42,138 nucleotides of DNA from assembly GCF_001194135.2 (NCBI RefSeq), contig NC_068985.1:70273634-70315771 (forward strand), read 5' to 3'. Each line of letters begins with the position of its first letter. Position 1 is the first letter of the stretch. A model generated the notes under the pieces. That model was given only the letters and a program-made list of their open reading frames with translations, was not told the origin of the DNA and did not search any database. Of this stretch, positions 36,691 to 42,138 are shown piece after piece. The stretch comes from Octopus bimaculoides. Taxonomy: Eukaryota. A program made the position numbers and the translations under genes.

Positions 36691-38329
36691 CTTAAAGCCC
36701 ACATGCAATAAAGTGCAGTACAGCTTCTTGGCCTCTTGTTGAATGTATCAACAAGAAAAGTGCGCACATTCCAACAGCCAAAATCCAGAGAATGTTTATC
36801 TTTTTATAAATATATAAATACATAACATACGGACACACATACAACGTATATATACATATGCATACAGTCACGAAATGTGTGTGCACTTATATGTATGCTT
36901 GTGTGTTCTTTTGTTGTGGATTTACTTATAGTTTTCATATTAGTATTGAATTGTTTTGTCTGCCATATATCTTTTTTATACTTAACTGTCTAATCTGGGT
37001 ATTCACTAATCACACAAGCCTGATATATGGCTGATTTGTTTGCTTGCTAAACAAGCTAAAAATGAAAGCAAAAATAAAAAAAAGAAACTATATAAACATC
37101 CAAATGAACAGCTAAATGAAAGAAAGAGAAGAGGTGTTCTCTGTGATGAAAAGTGCATACATTACACGCGTAACACTACACTTAAAATATTCTCTCAAAG
37201 CAAATTGTATTATCATATGAATGCCACTTGAAATAAAGGATTTTTCTATACAAATCAAAACACTATAGAATTGGTACTTAACTGCAATGTTAAAACATTA
37301 TTATAGTTTATTCTTGTGTCTATTTCCAATTGTTAGTTTGTATAAATTTTCTGATTCTTTATTACATTTTATCCTGTTATATTCATGTATTTCATTCATT
37401 AGCACATTATTTTATTTATTAATTGTTTTTTGACACACCTGCGTGCACTTTGGACTGATATTATATTATTTTATTCTATTTTCTTTTTTGTGAGGTGCGG
37501 ATTTGTTTTGTTTTGTTTTTTTGTTTTTTTTTCAATTACTCCATTATATTAAGTGAAATGATGTCCAATTTCTCGTTGTTTGAGGATCGGGAAATTGAAA
37601 GTGATGTCTGAAATTTATACGCACACAAACAAACACACACGCACGCGCACGGGCACACACACTCACACACTTACACACACAAATAAATACACATACTAAT
37701 TTAACTTCGCAATATCGCCAACGCTAAAACGATCTCTCGCACTAAGTAGTCGCTTTTATACTGTCTAATTGATGTTATAGATTCGGATTTGAGAATATTT
37801 TAAAGTTGCAATTATACGGGTAATACTGTCCAGAATTAAATGAAATAGTTTTGAGAATTTTAAAAAAATAATCAGCGTTCTTCTTTTTGATGCCGTAATT
37901 CGAATCGAGATGTTATAAAAAGAAACCGGTATTTCAAATGTAAATTCAGAATCGGTCGTGTGCAGGACAAATCTGTCAGAAGTGCTGATATATGTTGTTT
38001 GAGAATTCTTAATCGTTCTATTTTCATTATTGATTTCATCTATCTGTATCCTCTTTCACCCTCACTGCTACACACAGGAATAAGTTGTGATCAACTCATT
38101 AATGTGCGTAGATCCACTGAACCTAAACTAATACATGAAGTAATTTATTTTAGATGAATTTCAAAGGTTAAATAACTATCAGAGAGATGCTATTACAGAT
38201 TTTCTTTTATTTGGTAGTATTTCAGCAGGTAGTGGCTTCTAATCAACGATATATATGTCATTTAGCATGGAACCATACATCAGCAGAAAACCACCCAGAG
38301 GGTGGTATTCCTGCTAGTAATGATGATGA

Positions 38330-38372
<43 letters not shown>

Positions 38373-38386
38373 TATAATAATAATAG
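38330..38386 (+). repeat. (AAT)n microsatellite (probable tail or target of the adjacent PLE)
   Basis: Directly visible. Confidence 0.95.
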
Positions 38387-38389
38387 TCA

Positions 38390-39060
38390 AGACGAAGAGC
38401 GCGATTCGATTGTAAGATATTTTATTAGTTGAACGATATTTCAACAGTAAATCTGTCTTTGTCAAGTTCAAAATAAGAAGTGATAAAATTTCAAAATTAC
38501 AGAAATTTAAACGTAAAGTATGAACGAGAGCAACCAGCGTCAATACGTTCATGGAATGACATCATCAGTTTTATAAGAGGTAGAAAGACAGAAAAAAATA
38601 GAAAAAGGAAAACGACAGAAAAAAGGAAAGAAAAAGAGAGAAAGAAGAATATTCAATCAAACAGTTTTGTATAAATTTGATGATATTCTCCTGTCATTTT
38701 ATTCATTCCTCCAGGGCGTGATGCTAATAACCCGCAAACATATTTCTCCTCATACTTTCTGAGAAGTGAAAGTGGCGTAGATTCAGAATATTTTTTGAGA
38801 ATGTGCTCTTTCTTCAAAATTGCAGCCGCTTGAAACGAAATGTTCACCAAGTTCTGTTGAACTACTGTTCTTGTGCCTGACGTCGAATCTGTGCCCATTA
38901 AACCTTTTGTTTAATTGTTCCGTTGTACAACCAACATAAATAAAGTTGTGTTTCGTGCATTCTGCATCGTACACTAAATGGGAATCTTTACATGCTCCAC
39001 CTTCTGTATAAATCATAACATTTCTGTTATGATTTCTGATGGAATTCACTTCACTCATTC
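38390..39060 (-). mobile_element. Penelope-like element 3' end with GIY-YIG endonuclease (frameshifted)
   Basis: CKDSHLVYDAECTKHNFIYVGCTTEQLNKRFNGHRFD..ELGEHF, then in a second frame HILKK..LRKYEEKYVCGLLASRPGGMNK (resembles xPxGLN). Downstream on the minus strand come AATAAA and the (ATT)n run. Confidence 0.9.
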
Positions 39061-39879
39061 CTAGAACTATTTAGTCCTAAAAATGGGTCAAGGTGGAATT
39101 GAAAGTTTGTGTTCCTTCATTAGTACTATAAGATGTTTACCATTCCACTCATTTCAGAGAGAATATTCTTAGCTTTAGAGGTACTCAATTAATTTTGACT
39201 CAGGTTTGTTACTTACTTTCACAATTCTTATAACTTATAATTTTTCTTATTATATAAAGTCTAATACTTTTATTTGAAATGTTTAAAAGTAAATTTTCTT
39301 ACATGACGACACCTTAAATCACAAAAATGTCTATTGTTTGTCAGTTGAAATTTAGGAGTGAATATTTGCTACTTTTCCTCTACGCATGAGTCATATCTTT
39401 TACTCCCTATACTATACGATTGAGCCTTACTAATAATATCCTAGGCAGCTGAATATATTCTATTTCTATCCTTCAGCGACCAAATTAATTTACTGCGGCT
39501 CGTACAATTTTTCCTGTTTCTATCTCTATAAGAATGTTCATGATTAGCTATTTTTTGTTTATTAAAACATGAGCTGGCACCTCTATAGGAGTATTCTTTG
39601 TTTTCTGATGTAACTTTGCTCCTTTAATTTTGTTGACGTCTGAGCACTTTCACAATTTTGACTACCTGATGTCGTCCACAGTTACGATAAGATCGTCACT
39701 GAATTTATAATGATCGACAGAAAGGTAAAATGGATTTAGTAAGAAACTTTATTTCCAATAGCGATCATTTTGACCCGTCATGCATCTATCCCTTACGGGT
39801 AGCATATTGAACATCTAGTTGTGTTGCATCCATCAGTGAATTATAGCCAAATCCATTTTCTGTTAGTCATTCATGTTTC

Positions 39880-39917
39880 ATATATATATATATATAGGTG
39901 TGTGTGTGTGTATGTGT

Positions 39918-39963
<46 letters not shown>
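39880..39963 (+). repeat. (TA)n-(TG)n microsatellite
   Basis: Directly visible. Confidence 0.97.
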
Positions 39964-39966
<3 letters not shown>

Positions 39967-40225
39967 TAATGCACAAGCGAAAGAGTTACTAATAGTGTCA
40001 TGCTTTTGTGGTATTTTAACTAGGTATATTTATGAAATACGTCATGTATCTCTCCAAGCAATTTTCGAGGCTCTGTTTATGCGTTATATAGGCTTTAGAA
40101 ACAAGGGCGTTGGAGAGTGAGAAGATACGAAAAATAAGCTAGAAGAAAAACGTGCAGAAGTTTGATACAAAATTTGGAAAAAGAAAAACGGAAAGAAAGC
40201 AAGAAAACTAAGATCCCCATCTTAC

Positions 40226-40253
40226 CTGATTGCAGACACTACAATTAATGCAG
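40226..40253 (-). other. Candidate 28-nt microexon (unverified)
   Basis: Minus strand: ttttctgttatgttgttctataccAG|CTGCATTAATTGTAGTGTCTGCAATCAG|GTAAGA. Two frames are open. Confidence 0.22.
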
Positions 40254-40836
40254 CTGGTATAGAACAACATAACAGAAAATATGTATGTACTTATACTTAT
40301 ACGTATGTACACAGAAGTGTATCTACATATAAATATTCATAATAATGTCAATACATCTTACGTAAATATATATACAGACACATATGTGAGTGCATGTGCG
40401 GGGAAAGATTAGGAGCTACAGCGATAGAGATAGGGGGCTGTTTGAGTGAGTGTGATATATTCATCGGTTGTTATTGCTGCGATAGCAGAAATATAATCAA
40501 CCAAATTCCGGAATACGTCACAGTCATGAAATACAGTCATTCATAATTGATTCAAATTCATTTGGGTTTTCTAGCATTCAGGAGAAGCTGCGAGTTATTG
40601 GAACTGATTTCAGACTAGTAGCTTAAAATCACTTAGGAACAATACTGCCAGAAATATGCCTACATTCTCAAATATATATATTTTGTCGTAGGTTTAGCAC
40701 ATATCTCTCAAGCATACCAACTGAGTTGGTAAGGAAAATAAAATGATCTACTTGATTAATAGTGGATTATTAGTAATGAGGTCAAAGAATTGCATAGTGC
40801 CAGTCATTACGCGTTGTTACAGATAACGGGAGATGA

Positions 40837-40937
40837 TAGCATTGCTTGTCCACAAAGGAATAGCATTGCTTGTCCACAAAGGAAAAACATTGCTTGTCCA
40901 CAAAGGAAAAGCATTGCTTGTCCACAAAGGAAAAGCA
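40837..40937 (+). repeat. 24-bp minisatellite, 4 copies plus a partial
   Basis: Units (T/A)A(G/A)CATTGCTTGTCCACAAAGGAA start at 40837, 40861, 40885 and 40909, with no spacers. Confidence 0.95.
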
Positions 40938-41084
40938 GTCTTGCATTCAGCGACTAAATGTGAAAAAAAATGAATAGACATGTATTTTCTTTATAGTGGG
41001 AAAATTATCAGAACAATTACTTCTATTCAATAATTTCTTGAATATTTAATACTTTACAAAGTATTTTATATTCCAAATTATATT

Positions 41085-41128
41085 ATATACATGCATACAT
41101 ACAGAGAGAGAGAGAGAGAGGGAGAGAA

Positions 41129-41165
<37 letters not shown>

Positions 41166-41254
41166 CTGACATACATACATACATGCATACATACATACAT
41201 ACATACATACATACATACAGCCAAAGAGACAGACAGGCAGACAGACAGGCAGAC

Positions 41255-41307
<53 letters not shown>

Positions 41308-41385
41308 TGTAGATAGATAGATAGATAGGCAGATAGATAGATAGATAGATAGATAGATATATAGATAGATAGATAGATAGAGATG
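41085..41385 (+). repeat. Compound (GA)n/(CATA)n/(GACA)n/(GATA)n microsatellite
   Basis: Directly visible. Confidence 0.97.
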
Positions 41386-41674
41386 TGTATATATGAACAC
41401 TTAGTACACACAGAGACCTAAACCCTTATGTGCATGCATGCAAATGTGGTGTTTGTCTGTGTCTGTATGTTCCTTCATGCAATGTTTTGTAAATTGTTCA
41501 CATGCATGGCCCCAGCATGCCCTCAGCCTTAGGGCTGAAACATATGAGAGAATAAAGGAATATATATGTATATATATATATATATATACACATGCATATA
41601 GCAACTCTAATAATATATTATTTATATAATAATATATGGTCTACTTAAAGTGACTAAACCATTGACCGAAAAGA

Positions 41675-41750
41675 GATGGGCCGAACCACTGGGAATTGAA
41701 CACAACATCAATGTTTACATGGCTCCGTACGCACCCAACTCGGCAAAATC
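41675..41750 (-). mobile_element. tRNA-like (A/B box) SINE head, degenerate
   Basis: Minus strand: TGCCGAGTTGGG (A-box-like) ... GTGTTCAATTCCC (B-box-like). I could not fold a cloverleaf. Confidence 0.4.
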
Positions 41751-42080
41751 TAATGTATAGATTATTTAGCCCAGTATATGCATTTAAAGATTTGTAAACA
41801 GACCCGGAGGCTGAAAATTACGGATAAGAGAGACACATATAAGTCCTTTTTAATAATAGCTGTAATTATATATTATTTATATAACAATATATACTTCATT
41901 TAGAGCGACTAATCCTAAACAATTGTTTAGGTCAGAGTTGCCTCTAATGTAGCAGACCCATCGCATACTTTTTTTTCTTCCTGAAATACTGTGAATATGT
42001 GTCTTTCTTTTGAAGAAAGGGTGGGTTTGAAAAGATATTTGGTTGCTATTTGTAGAAGCTCAAGTTACCACAGAGATACC

Positions 42081-42084
<4 letters not shown>

Positions 42085-42138
<54 letters not shown>
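42085..42138 (+). repeat. (TG)n microsatellite
   Basis: Directly visible; runs off the window end. Confidence 0.98.

Noticed and set aside
39660-39730. CTGATGT..GACAGAAA as another hammerhead
   Set aside because: The core overlaps the putative stem II, and no stem I or III can form.
40837-40937. CRISPR-like 24-bp repeats
   Set aside because: The units are contiguous with no spacers, there are no cas genes, and the context is eukaryotic.
8999-41629. Poly-Y/I/L/D/C and YVCM/HTYI/IYLS-repeat ORFs
   Set aside because: They are translations of microsatellites.
41675-41750. Functional tRNA gene
   Set aside because: A- and B-box-like motifs are present, but I could not form acceptor or anticodon stems, so I treated it as a SINE head.
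1-42138. A novel multi-gene biological system
   Set aside because: There are no intact co-located genes. All recognisable coding signal belongs to known, mostly dead, transposon clades.

Overview
This is AT-rich, microsatellite-dense eukaryotic DNA, not prokaryotic. The SINE families and the repeat style match what I recall from octopus (cephalopod) genomes, but that attribution is inference. Nine N-gaps (about 4.8 kb, about 11%) account for the long X-filled ORFs. I found no intact host gene, rRNA, true tRNA or CRISPR array. The window is a graveyard of transposons: the 3' end of a Helitron (helicase C-terminus plus hairpin-CTAG terminus), three R4/Dong-clade fragments, three Tx1/L1-clade 3' fragments, a nearly full-length dead RTE LINE (33.4-36.7 kb), several Penelope-like element (PLE) fragments (RT and GIY-YIG), a Tc1/mariner 5' end, tRNA-derived SINEs and many simple repeats. 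I cannot support a new biological system here. The most interesting leads are modest: a near-canonical minimal hammerhead-ribozyme fold at 29.6 kb, a possible 91-bp mini/composite Helitron, Dong elements stacked in an (AAT)n target, a 255-bp-period direct-repeat unit with a tRNA-like head, a foldback element, and a candidate 28-nt microexon. Protein-family calls come from manual translation and remembered motifs, not database searches, and most boundaries are approximate.
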